From the UHGV virus genome UHGV-0211472: DNA of 64,000 nucleotides; one strand, written 5' to 3'. Origin of the DNA: a virus. Below, piece by piece: positions 40,205 through 49,185 of this stretch (position 1 is the stretch's first letter; every line of letters starts with the position of its first letter). The notes beneath the pieces are model-generated. The model was not told the origin of the DNA and did no database searches. It saw nothing but the letters and a program-made list of their open reading frames with translations. The translations under genes were made by a program, and so were the position numbers.

Positions 40205-41168
40205 TGTAATACTCCACTAGTTCAGAAAAGAGAGATGAGATTGTGTTACCAACTTCTTCAAGAGTAAGACCAGAACTTGGGCCAGTACGCTGAATCAGTC
40301 GGGCTGTAAAGTTTTGTACTGTAATGCTTTCCAACTTATTGTCTATTGTTTCACGTTTGTGACCATGACAGTTGGACCAGAGTCTTAACCACCCTGACAT
40401 TGTTTCATACTCGTCTGGGTCTTGATCTTTATCAAGAGCAAATCCTCGTAAGGCCTCTGGGTTATGGTTACGAACATAACCATTCTCATTGTAACCAACA
40501 CCGAAGGGGTTTTGAACCCATACTTGCTTCGTGTACTCATCAGAGTCTACAACCAAAGGAAGGAATGCTGCTGCTGACATACCATTTTCGATAACAATGG
40601 CTGTGTTCTCACCACTCCCATTGGAGGTTCCTCGTTGAGACCATCTACCGAAGAAGTCACGGCCCAATCCAGCTAACACTAGAGCGATGCCGATGCGTTT
40701 ACGCTTCAGCCACTCTTCCCTGTCTTCAATTCCTTCTGCTAGGAAATCCATTCCACGATACTGCCCTTCCAGAATACTACGGAAGAGCATAAGTCCTGTG
40801 AAGATCTGATCTGCTGGATGCTCACGAAGGTTGACAGCAACACTATTCGCTGAAGTGATTGTAAATACGTCACGATAGCAAGACATGGAGTTCATAATGT
40901 CTGCTGTTTCAACCAAGTTCTTTTCAATCTCAGATGCAGGGTGATTGTGAAAAGAGTGAGTCCAGTAATTCAACATCTCCAATTGCAAGTTAATACCACG
41001 GTTGAAGCGTCTATAACGCCCATCTTCCGTGATAACTTCGCCATCAATATCATTTACGCATTGGCCTTGCATGTAGTTGTGGACACCGAAGCACCCACGA
41101 CCTAAGAACTTCTGTTCCCCTAAATCCTGTTGAAGATTCAGAGGTACGATCGTTGTGGAGATTGACAT
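40197..41168 (-). CDS. Hypothetical protein
   Basis: 323 aa ORF, overlapping operon arrangement. Confidence 0.4.
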   Translation of the reverse strand: MSISTTIVPLNLQQDLGEQKFLGRGCFGVHNYMQGQCVNDIDGEVITEDGRYRRFNRGINLQLEMLNYWTHSFHNHPASEIEKNLVETADIMNSMSCYRDVFTITSANSVAVNLREHPADQIFTGLMLFRSILEGQYRGMDFLAEGIEDREEWLKRKRIGIALVLAGLGRDFFGRWSQRGTSNGSGENTAIVIENGMSAAAFLPLVVDSDEYTKQVWVQNPFGVGYNENGYVRNHNPEALRGFALDKDQDPDEYETMSGWLRLWSNCHGHKRETIDNKLESITVQNFTARLIQRTGPSSGLTLEEVGNTISSLFSELVEYYND

Positions 41169-41170
41169 AA

Positions 41171-42376
41171 CTAACCTTTTATTTTCCTAAAAAATAATCC
41201 GCTCATAACACCATCCCATTCAGAAGATGGAACCACTGAATACTCCGAACTTCGGTCCAGAGTTCCACTACTAAATCGCTGAACAATGTTATAGATGTTG
41301 AACATATCTTTAGTCTCAATACGATTACCGTAGATTAACTTTTCAGCTGTTCTTTCATTTTTAGACACGCGACGGGTAAAGTTAACCAAAAGGTTATCAC
41401 CTTTAAGTATCTCTGACCCATCTTTTACTAGATCGGGATGCATCACTGGCAAGAACATTGAGTTGTTCACTCGTAATTCTGCTGTTTCATCATTCTCATA
41501 ATGAATCCACTTAAAATCTTCATCACGAAAGTGACCGCATCCATCTCTGTATGACTGTTGACGCCAAGGCACTTGAAATGCTTCAGCGTATTTATCAGCC
41601 ATACCAACTGTAAATAGCGACGCTGGGAAGATACAAGCATCCCAATCATTACCAACCAGAGTTGCTTTCGTTTCACCCAAGAGGTTAGTGTAAGTGCTAA
41701 CCATTCGTGAGTAAACATAAGCCTGAAGGATTGTCCAGCCTTCAACCAACCATTTATGGAGGAAGGTTTCAACTTGACTCTCTTCATCTTCACAATAGAA
41801 GGTTCGATCTAACATCAAATAGAACAGACAGCGATCAGCAGGAACATTTTCAGTTGCTACACCCATAAAACCTTTCTCGTGCCAGCGTAAACAGGAGGGA
41901 CGATCTTTGTCCACAAATGCTTCCATAGCTTCCAGTACAGCACGAGGTGTGGTTCGATGCTCAGGGTTTTTGTCATTCCAACGTTCAATGTTGTTTTTAA
42001 GCTCGCCTTCGTAATCAATAGCACCCCAACCCAAAGCTGCGGATACAGGTTTTTCATCACGCCAACGTATAAAACCTAACATCTTCATGTGAGTTCCGGA
42101 GTTCCAGATATGCTTAATTTTACACATATCCATTTCTTTACTTAACAGGAACTCTTCCCCATCAGAACTACGAACGTTATCTTTTTCATGCCACACTCGA
42201 ACGTGCATATTCCACCCATGAGTTGCCTCATACATGTTAAGGTCGAAGTAGTCACCATCTTCGTCATCGTTTTCATCAACGCCACCGTTATAGTTGCGAA
42301 GCTGAAGGAACCCATAACAAGGAGGGTTGACCGTTAAAACATTACCTTCAGTATCTTCTAATGTTACTGGAAACAT
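41171..42376 (-). CDS. Hypothetical protein
   Basis: 401 aa ORF. Confidence 0.4.
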   Translation of the reverse strand: MFPVTLEDTEGNVLTVNPPCYGFLQLRNYNGGVDENDDEDGDYFDLNMYEATHGWNMHVRVWHEKDNVRSSDGEEFLLSKEMDMCKIKHIWNSGTHMKMLGFIRWRDEKPVSAALGWGAIDYEGELKNNIERWNDKNPEHRTTPRAVLEAMEAFVDKDRPSCLRWHEKGFMGVATENVPADRCLFYLMLDRTFYCEDEESQVETFLHKWLVEGWTILQAYVYSRMVSTYTNLLGETKATLVGNDWDACIFPASLFTVGMADKYAEAFQVPWRQQSYRDGCGHFRDEDFKWIHYENDETAELRVNNSMFLPVMHPDLVKDGSEILKGDNLLVNFTRRVSKNERTAEKLIYGNRIETKDMFNIYNIVQRFSSGTLDRSSEYSVVPSSEWDGVMSGLFFRKIKG

Positions 42377-42387
42377 TATACCAACCT

Positions 42388-42750
42388 CTATTGGTTTTTA
42401 ATCAACTCAATCGACTTACGGATATAAAGAATATCTCGGAAGTTTCGATAGTTGTTCATAAATTGGTGCTTCTGGAAAGTAGCTTCTTCCAGAGCTTTCT
42501 TTGCTTCTTCGTAGTTTTTACGGGCAAGATGTACAACCCGCTCTGGTAACACATTTGCACGACGGATGATATACTTGTGAGCTTTCATGTTGCTTTGCTC
42601 ACGAGCAATCTTACTTTTAGCAACTTTGATACCATTTGCAATCCAAGCAAGTTCTTGCTCAAGCTCATCGTTGGACATACCACCGAGGTTTGATGCAACC
42701 TTGTTCAGAGTTTCAATATTAACGTTGCCCTTAATGGGACGTGTATTCAT
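42388..42750 (-). CDS. Hypothetical protein
   Basis: 120 aa ORF. Confidence 0.4.
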   Translation of the reverse strand: MNTRPIKGNVNIETLNKVASNLGGMSNDELEQELAWIANGIKVAKSKIAREQSNMKAHKYIIRRANVLPERVVHLARKNYEEAKKALEEATFQKHQFMNNYRNFRDILYIRKSIELIKNQ

Positions 42751-42752
42751 AC

Positions 42753-42905
42753 TTACTCCTGTTGTTTACACTCGTCAGTAACCCACTGATAAGTGGATTG
42801 CCCAGAAAAGAAACACTGAATAAATCCAGATGTTCTCTGCGTTACCAGTGCTAGTGCACAAATCACTACCGCTGCTGCTAGCAGTTTTAAACCTAATTTA
42901 GACAT
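42753..42905 (-). CDS. Small signal-peptide/membrane protein
   Basis: 50 aa (MSKLGLKLLAAAVVICALALVTQ...), below track cutoff. Confidence 0.25.
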   Translation of the reverse strand: MSKLGLKLLAAAVVICALALVTQRTSGFIQCFFSGQSTYQWVTDECKQQE

Positions 42906-43171
42906 ATTTCCTCTCATTGAATTTAAAAAAGGACTCTCCGAAAAGAGCCAAGCTTTAAATCCAAAAAAAAGATATTACCCAATATCTGTGGATAACCTGC
43001 TCTTAAAATATCTATCCGACGGATGTTTGAGGAACACTCCTCGCCCTAGCATCGGCCCCATACGGGAAATATATTAAGATTAGGTTAGTTGAGTTAGAAT
43101 AACTCACATAGCCCTCCGAAGAAGGCTATAGGCGTTACTACAACTAAAAATCACCTGATTTTACAAAATCA

Positions 43172-43405
43172 TCACTCGCCTTTCTTAGCACGATCTTTGG
43201 CAGTTTTGCCAGTGCGGATGCGATAGGAAACGTTAACCAGAGTGCCACCATCAACTACGGTAACGCTCTTGTTTTTAGCCAGATCAAATACAGTCTTCTC
43301 TGTGCCACCCAAGCGAATCTGCTTAGGCTCGCTGAAGGTTTGGGTTGATTTGGATTGGAACTGGAACGGTTGACGGATTGCATCGATTGCGCTTACTTTA
43401 GACAT
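43172..43405 (-). CDS. Hypothetical protein
   Basis: 77 aa ORF with AAGGAA upstream. Confidence 0.4.
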   Translation of the reverse strand: MSKVSAIDAIRQPFQFQSKSTQTFSEPKQIRLGGTEKTVFDLAKNKSVTVVDGGTLVNVSYRIRTGKTAKDRAKKGE

Positions 43406-43636
43406 AGGGGAAATTCCTTAAAAAGTTATGGCTGCGTAGAGGGAATTCCCTACGCAAATTGGGCCGCCTACAGAGAGGCGTCATAGTACTAAAAGGAGGA
43501 GAGAAGAAGGCTTATTTAGCTACCTTTTTCTGTCCATTTACGAACCAGATAATTGAACCGTCAGGCTGTCGTTGACCGAAGCCTTTCTGGGTAATCATAT
43601 CGTCATAAGAATATGCTTTACGTCTCATTTGTTTTC

Positions 43637-43885
43637 CTATGGAGTTAAGATAATTTCAGCCTTACTAAACTTCTCACCAACAACCATATCTCCAGAGATG
43701 ACACGTAGTTCTCCAGTACCCAAATTAACAGCTCCAGCAGGTTGGCAACCTCTGCTCTTAGCTGTCATCATGTAAATCTTTTTATTCTGGCACTCTTGAA
43801 GTGTGAACACATCAGACATGTTTAGATCTTTAACACGAAGAACTATCTTTTCTATGGAATCAACCTTGATACTGATAGTGCTCAT
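43637..43885 (-). CDS. Hypothetical protein
   Basis: 82 aa ORF. Confidence 0.35.
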   Translation of the reverse strand: MSTISIKVDSIEKIVLRVKDLNMSDVFTLQECQNKKIYMMTAKSRGCQPAGAVNLGTGELRVISGDMVVGEKFSKAEIILTP

Positions 43886-43890
43886 TGGTA

Positions 43891-44136
43891 TTACTCCTGA
43901 ACCACTGACATGCGAATCATTTCCACCTGAGTATCAGCACCTTTAGCACATAAGACCCCTGTGAGAAGATTTACCACAGTAATCCAACCGTTAACTACAC
44001 TAATATTGCTAGAAGTGTTTTCAACTCTCATGTAATATTGAGGAGATGCTGAGCCACGTTGAATTACGAATGGGTTTCCGGGAATGATAGTAGACAAGGA
44101 AACAGTATTATCTTTAATCTTGGGAATGATCTTCAC
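43891..44136 (-). CDS. Hypothetical protein
   Basis: 81 aa ORF. Confidence 0.35.
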   Translation of the reverse strand: MKIIPKIKDNTVSLSTIIPGNPFVIQRGSASPQYYMRVENTSSNISVVNGWITVVNLLTGVLCAKGADTQVEMIRMSVVQE

Positions 44137-44144
44137 ATTGATTC

Positions 44145-44456
44145 CTATTTAAGTTTGAGGCTAATATTAAGGTGCATACATGCCCTGTTCTGTACAGCAG
44201 CATAACTTCTACCGAGCATGTCAGCCATTCTCTGAATAGACATGAACCCGGCATTACGGATAACAAACTGATCTTCTTCTTCAGACCACTTTAATCGAGC
44301 TTTAGCGCGAGAGATTTTAAAACGAGAGCACGCAGCATTAATAATCTGTGCTGTTGTTCCCATCATCTCTGCTACTTCTTCAACTGTGTGATCTTTAATC
44401 AGAGTCTTTAGCAAATCAATTTGCCAAGGAGTCCATTGAATCTGTGCAGGTTTCAT
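44145..44456 (-). CDS. Helix-turn-helix DNA-binding protein
   Basis: HTH-like segment VEEVAEMMGTTAQIINAACSR and second MADMLGRSYAAVQNR. Confidence 0.35.
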   Translation of the reverse strand: MKPAQIQWTPWQIDLLKTLIKDHTVEEVAEMMGTTAQIINAACSRFKISRAKARLKWSEEEDQFVIRNAGFMSIQRMADMLGRSYAAVQNRACMHLNISLKLK

Positions 44457-44750
44457 ATACCCTCCAATTAAACATTTATATAAGACTTGCTTAGATAAAG
44501 ATTCAATAAATAGGGGGAGGGGACGAATCCTCCCTTATCCTATTAGTTACTATTGCATGTAAGATCTAACAATCGGTTGCCTTTGTAGGAATAAGCGTTA
44601 TGCTAATCCAGCACTAAACTCCCGCCCCCTTAGTGGGCTGGGTTATTAAAGGGTAACGCCCTTATGGGCTAGTTACATGAATGTTAGTTTGATAGGAGAT
44701 CTGAAGTCCTATCTCAAAGGACTCTCGTAAGAATCCTTCACGATAAGTTC

Positions 44751-44948
44751 TTAATACACTAAGCCGTGTAAAAGAAACACCCTCTTTGTAAGCTCTGCTT
44801 TAGCTCTGTAATAAGCCCTAGAACCTAACAGACGGCTCTTAACAAAGAACTTAATGTCATTGCTAACATCTTGTATTAAACGCTCCTGTACAGCTTCTGA
44901 GGAGCTATTAATCGAATCAATTAACACCTTTGTAGATGTGTAATTCAT
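44751..44948 (-). CDS. Hypothetical protein
   Basis: 65 aa ORF. Confidence 0.3.
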   Translation of the reverse strand: MNYTSTKVLIDSINSSSEAVQERLIQDVSNDIKFFVKSRLLGSRAYYRAKAELTKRVFLLHGLVY

Positions 44949-45047
44949 GTCACTACTCCCTACTAATTACAGCCTGTAAGGGCCACACAGACGATGAAGA
45001 TACAGATTAAGGATATTACACCACCCCAACTCATAACACACCTCATT

Positions 45048-45563
45048 CTATTTAGTTAACCAAAAACCTTTCGGCTTTTTAACAACACCAAGAATCCTAC
45101 ATCTCTTATGGACAGCCGAATCACTAACACTCAGTAACCTCCCTACTACGTACACGGGGTAAATGTCTATTAAAGACTGAAGAGATTCTTTTGTTATTTC
45201 AAACCGTCTGCTATCTAATTTGGCACAAAGCTGTGAGCAAAACCTTTGGTTGCTATTCTCTGAAACAAGGTAAATCTCTCCACAAAAAGAACATAATCTT
45301 TCTTCCATAACAGCCCCATGATGATGCCTGCTATGCTCCTCATAAGTCATGATTTCTAAATTAGATGGTTCGTTGTTTAACTTATTCTCATCCTTGTGAT
45401 GAACCACTAGGTCAGAGTTCAGTTCGACACCGTAGAAATTTTGAGCAACATACCTATGAACATACACCTTTCCAGCTTTATTGGCCATAGGGTGTGTTGG
45501 TTGGTACACATACAAATAACCAACACCTTTATCAACAACTGCTTTACTTAGATCTAGCTTCAT
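45048..45563 (-). CDS. HNH homing endonuclease
   Basis: HNH core VHHKDENKLNNEPSNLEIMTYEEHSRHHH plus C-terminal CxxC...C zinc motif. Confidence 0.6.
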   Translation of the reverse strand: MKLDLSKAVVDKGVGYLYVYQPTHPMANKAGKVYVHRYVAQNFYGVELNSDLVVHHKDENKLNNEPSNLEIMTYEEHSRHHHGAVMEERLCSFCGEIYLVSENSNQRFCSQLCAKLDSRRFEITKESLQSLIDIYPVYVVGRLLSVSDSAVHKRCRILGVVKKPKGFWLTK

Positions 45564-45583
45564 AATACCTCAAGAACTCTTAG

Positions 45584-45662
45584 CGAGGGTGACAGGACTC
45601 GAACCTGCATACTCCATTTACTTCTTTAACGACCACTTAGAAGGCGGGGAAGATACACCCTC
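45584..45662 (-). ncRNA. tRNA-like element (non-canonical, 79 nt)
   Basis: Minus strand has 7 bp acceptor-like stem GAGGGTG/CACCCTC and T-arm GCAGG-TTCGAGT-CCTGT, no encoded CCA; no canonical D-arm or 7 nt anticodon loop found by eye. Confidence 0.35.
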
Positions 45663-45683
45663 ACTAAGAGCTCTCGTTAATCC

Positions 45684-45935
45684 TCAAGCACAAGCAGGGA
45701 GTGTGATGATCTTATACTTACCTTCAAACTCTCCAAACAAACCCAAGAATGTAGGACTGTAGGTTCCAGTACAAACAAACTCATCAAACAATTCGTTATA
45801 GCTAGGCTTAATCTTCCAAGCCCATACATAACCCATCCTATCAATCGCAATGTAACGAGTGTTCAGAGGAACAGTCATCATCACACCATCAACTTCAATC
45901 ACTTTAGTTATTGGTGCAGCTTGAAAGTTTTTCAT
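45684..45935 (-). CDS. Hypothetical protein
   Basis: 83 aa ORF. Confidence 0.4.
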   Translation of the reverse strand: MKNFQAAPITKVIEVDGVMMTVPLNTRYIAIDRMGYVWAWKIKPSYNELFDEFVCTGTYSPTFLGLFGEFEGKYKIITLPACA

Positions 45936-46108
45936 ACTTTACCTTTGATAAAAATATCATTACCACAGACACAGCATGAACGAACAACAGTAGCGCCACG
46001 CTGAACGATACGAACCTCTTCCTTAACCAGATTAATACGAGCACCGCAGCAAGGAGAATTGACATAAGAGTAACCAGCTTGTGTATTCTTGATTGTTTGC
46101 TTAGACAT
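45932..46108 (-). CDS. Small zinc-ribbon protein
   Basis: 58 aa, below track cutoff; CC-x16-CC spacing; stop overlaps downstream start (ATGA). Confidence 0.3.
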   Translation of the reverse strand: MSKQTIKNTQAGYSYVNSPCCGARINLVKEEVRIVQRGATVVRSCCVCGNDIFIKGKV

Positions 46109-46157
46109 TTTTAGCTTCCTCTTGTTAGTTTAAGTAAGAGTTGTCCCTTAATTAAAA

Positions 46158-46194
46158 CAACAAAGGCCACCCGATTGGGCAGCCTTTTTATTTG
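46158..46194. terminator. Terminator hairpin (conserved GGCCACCCGATTGGG element)
   Basis: AAAGGCCACCCGATTGGGCAGCC followed by TTTTTATTT on plus strand and T-rich on minus; copy of 23490..23512. Confidence 0.4.
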
Positions 46195-46634
46195 TTAGCT
46201 GTTATAAGTCCAACCACCTTGCTTGTTACGAATGGCAGACATTGCATGAAGCCAGAAGTCTTCCAGTTTCAGAGCACCGTTAGCTACTGCATCCATACGT
46301 TCAGGGCGGTTCATACGTTTGGTTGATACTTTCATACCTATCTCTCTTTGTTAGTGGAGGCATTATTGCCAGTTGATATAGCGGATAGCTCTCACTATAG
46401 AGCCAACTACTCTACAAACTGGTGAAGACTCCCTACCCCTAGGAAGTCTCCTGAATCCCAAACCAATACGTACCCCTACATATCGGAAAGTCTTTCGAAA
46501 ATTAACAGGTTTTAGTCTAGCACCGGATGTTCGAGCAAGCTCTCCCTAGCGGTGTGGCATATGCCTGAATTAATAAGTTAATGAGGAACACCCTCACATA
46601 GCCCTCTGATGAATACAAGGGCTATAAGTCGGTG

Positions 46635-46931
46635 TTACTTATCAGCTTCAATCTCTTGATGCTTAGCAATAGCTACTCGCAAGTCTTCATTAGCACGAGC
46701 AAGGCGTAAGACTTCGTGGTTGAGATTCTGAAGACGGTTGTTTCTGTCTTCAACTTGCATAACAAGATCATTAAGAGTTACTTTAACTTTCTCGCTATAC
46801 ATTTCATCTACTTGAATCAGAGATTTATACTTTCTCTCCCAGCTTGCTGCTTTGTTTCTAAGAATAATAAATCCTATAACACTGATAGTTAAACAGCTTA
46901 CAAAAAGGAATTTATATACTTCTAAAGTCAT
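46635..46931 (-). CDS. Membrane-anchored coiled-coil protein (possible i-spanin)
   Basis: N-terminal TM FLFVSCLTISVIGFIIL then heptad-like charged helix; immediately downstream of a cell-wall hydrolase gene. Confidence 0.4.
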   Translation of the reverse strand: MTLEVYKFLFVSCLTISVIGFIILRNKAASWERKYKSLIQVDEMYSEKVKVTLNDLVMQVEDRNNRLQNLNHEVLRLARANEDLRVAIAKHQEIEADK

Positions 46932-47130
46932 ATTATTTACCCTTTATCAGAGATTAAAAGTAATATTATTTAAGTAAGTTATATTTAGTAAACTTATTTT
47001 CTAAGAAATTTTCAAAGGGTCTATATACAGAGCATTACTCATAGTCCCAGAATACTACCATCTTTTTCAATAAATTTACTAAGTGGTTGGTTTATAAAGG
47101 AATTTAGTTTGTCAAATCTGGCACTAGTGA

Positions 47131-47520
47131 TTATTCCCTAGAGCTATTATCGAATACTAAATCACCACAATACATAGGATTGGCATACCATTTTGGCACC
47201 CCTTCGCTCTTACTCTGAAAGTAAGTCCCACTGTACAGCGGAACATAATTCTTCTTAAGGGCACGTTTAGCTAGCTGCTCACTTTCTCCAATGGCTTGCT
47301 TAGTCATCGGATTTTTATCACGAATCAGCTTCACATAACGTTTATAAGGTTTCTCCTGTTTTAATAGTACCGGAATCCACTCAAACTGGTTCTTTTGTCT
47401 TATCACCTGTTCAGCGGTCAGTTTTCGTTGAGCCATTCTATTTATTACGGTATCCGCAACCATAGCTTTACATGCGGTTGGCTGATTCCCTGCCTCATAA
47501 TAAATAGTCAATGTCAACAT
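47131..47520 (-). CDS. Cell wall hydrolase (SleB / Hydrolase_2-like)
   Basis: IYYEAGNQP...AMVADTVINRM and QFEWIP motifs resemble SleB-type hydrolases. Confidence 0.5.
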   Translation of the reverse strand: MLTLTIYYEAGNQPTACKAMVADTVINRMAQRKLTAEQVIRQKNQFEWIPVLLKQEKPYKRYVKLIRDKNPMTKQAIGESEQLAKRALKKNYVPLYSGTYFQSKSEGVPKWYANPMYCGDLVFDNSSRE

Positions 47521-47594
47521 TAGCTGGGCCGTTGTTATCAGAACTTGCTACCTCCTTTGTTTATAGGCCCCCAATTGTGGGGGCCTTCAGTCTG

Positions 47595-48098
47595 TCATTC
47601 AATAACTTTGTAAGATATTACGTCGCCACCGTTTTTGTGTATGTTCCAGTTCACATCTTCGGACTTTATGACCTCTTTTCCGCCATCCCGATATATAACA
47701 CTAACAATTTTACCGGTGGCTGGGTTTTCTCCGCCTCCCCAATAGCTCCACCATTTAGAGGACTCTTCATTTTCATCGGTTGTGACAGACTCTATTGCTT
47801 TGTATTTTCCGACTGTGGACCCTGAAGAGTTCATAGCGTAGACTACGCTATACACTAAAGCGTCGCCTACTTCCTTTAAGTGTAAAGTGAACGGTCCATC
47901 AGAATCAACCGCATCTATTTTATTGCTTTTAGCGTGGTAGGAGAAAGTTTTAACCTCATATAGAGATTCTGACCCATCGTTACGCATAGCTTTTAATGTA
48001 AACATATTATTCTCCTTCTTCGTAGTTAAGAAATAATCTCGTTTTACAGGCATAAAAAAGCCCCAGCCGTAGCCGGGGCAAACCTGAAAGCAACACAT
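47595..48098 (-). CDS. Hypothetical protein
   Basis: 167 aa track ORF; likely starts at internal Met (MFTLKAMR). Confidence 0.35.
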   Translation of the reverse strand: MCCFQVCPGYGWGFFMPVKRDYFLTTKKENNMFTLKAMRNDGSESLYEVKTFSYHAKSNKIDAVDSDGPFTLHLKEVGDALVYSVVYAMNSSGSTVGKYKAIESVTTDENEESSKWWSYWGGGENPATGKIVSVIYRDGGKEVIKSEDVNWNIHKNGGDVISYKVIE

Positions 48099-48244
48099 GA
48101 CCGTTGCTATAAATACACTCGCAAATGCACTTACAGCAACGCAAAAAGCCGCTCAAAGGCGGCTATGCGGAAGCTTCAAATGGGGAGAGGGCACGACGCT
48201 ACAGAAAGAGCGTCACAGTACTAAAAGAGGGGGCTATATTCCTA

Positions 48245-48688
48245 CTACTTAACCCTTGCTTCTTTGATGGGGTCGATGTATTTCTCAACTCCCCACTTGT
48301 GTTTACTATCTGCGTAGAATACATCAGGTGCACACTGGCTAGTCTTAGGAAAAGCCTGCGGGTCTTTCGTGCTACCCTTAAACTTCTGTTTACCACGGGT
48401 GCGACCATTACAGAAGATTTCTAACTTCTTCTCCTCTTCTGTTTTAGCTCCCCCGCTCTGTAATAAAGAGCGTTTATGATCGGCTAACAATAACGCATCA
48501 GCACGATGGACACGATGGCCTACACGTTTTGTCACACTGGAAGGAACATGGGATTCAGCCTCAACCTTTGCAGCACGACGTTTTAAACTACGCTTACTAA
48601 CGTGATTGGTTGCCTTTGGTTTCTCTTTCTCCAGTTCAGAGATAGAAAAACAACGACCGCCCTTCATGCTGATTTTAGATTTAGCCAC
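48245..48688 (-). CDS. Hypothetical basic protein
   Basis: 147 aa Lys/Arg-rich ORF. Confidence 0.35.
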   Translation of the reverse strand: MAKSKISMKGGRCFSISELEKEKPKATNHVSKRSLKRRAAKVEAESHVPSSVTKRVGHRVHRADALLLADHKRSLLQSGGAKTEEEKKLEIFCNGRTRGKQKFKGSTKDPQAFPKTSQCAPDVFYADSKHKWGVEKYIDPIKEARVK

Positions 48689-48757
48689 AATCTTATTCCT
48701 TTTAGTGATAAGTTATATCGGGCAAGCCCATCAAGGCGATAGGCTTGAACAAACAAC

Positions 48758-48964
48758 TTAATTAAGTAAACCGAACGACTTCCAACTACGTGTTAAAACT
48801 GTACCATCATCCATCTTAACGGACATATTGAGAAATTTCTTTCCTTGTGTACTAATCGTTGCAACTACTCCCGTCATTGCCTTACCTTTATTTAAGTATC
48901 GGTATGAAACACGACGCCCAAGAAGGGCTATAGGAGTCTTACTAAAAGGTTTAATATTAATCAT
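48758..48964 (-). CDS. Hypothetical protein
   Basis: 68 aa ORF. Confidence 0.3.
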   Translation of the reverse strand: MINIKPFSKTPIALLGRRVSYRYLNKGKAMTGVVATISTQGKKFLNMSVKMDDGTVLTRSWKSFGLLN

Positions 48965-49185
48965 GCTGCTTGATACCTTTTCATATATTCGATGCGGTGG
49001 GAATGTGTGTATGACGCTTTAATTGCCATTGCTCTGACTTCTTCTAAGCGTTGGTTTTCGTAAACCTTCTTTGCTTCTTCATGGTTATGTCGTTTCTGGA
49101 GAATCTTACTACATTTACGATGGTTTCCCGTGCTGCGATGTTTCTCACAAATAGGACACTTACCAAAGCCTTCACTAATGATCAT
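48961..49185 (-). CDS. Small zinc-finger protein
   Basis: CPICEKH ... HRKC pattern. Confidence 0.35.
   Translation of the reverse strand: MIISEGFGKCPICEKHRSTGNHRKCSKILQKRHNHEEAKKVYENQRLEEVRAMAIKASYTHSHRIEYMKRYQAA

Noticed and set aside
45584-45662. Canonical tRNA gene
   Set aside because: T-arm and acceptor stem are convincing, but no D-arm or 7 nt anticodon loop could be folded; kept only as a tRNA-like element
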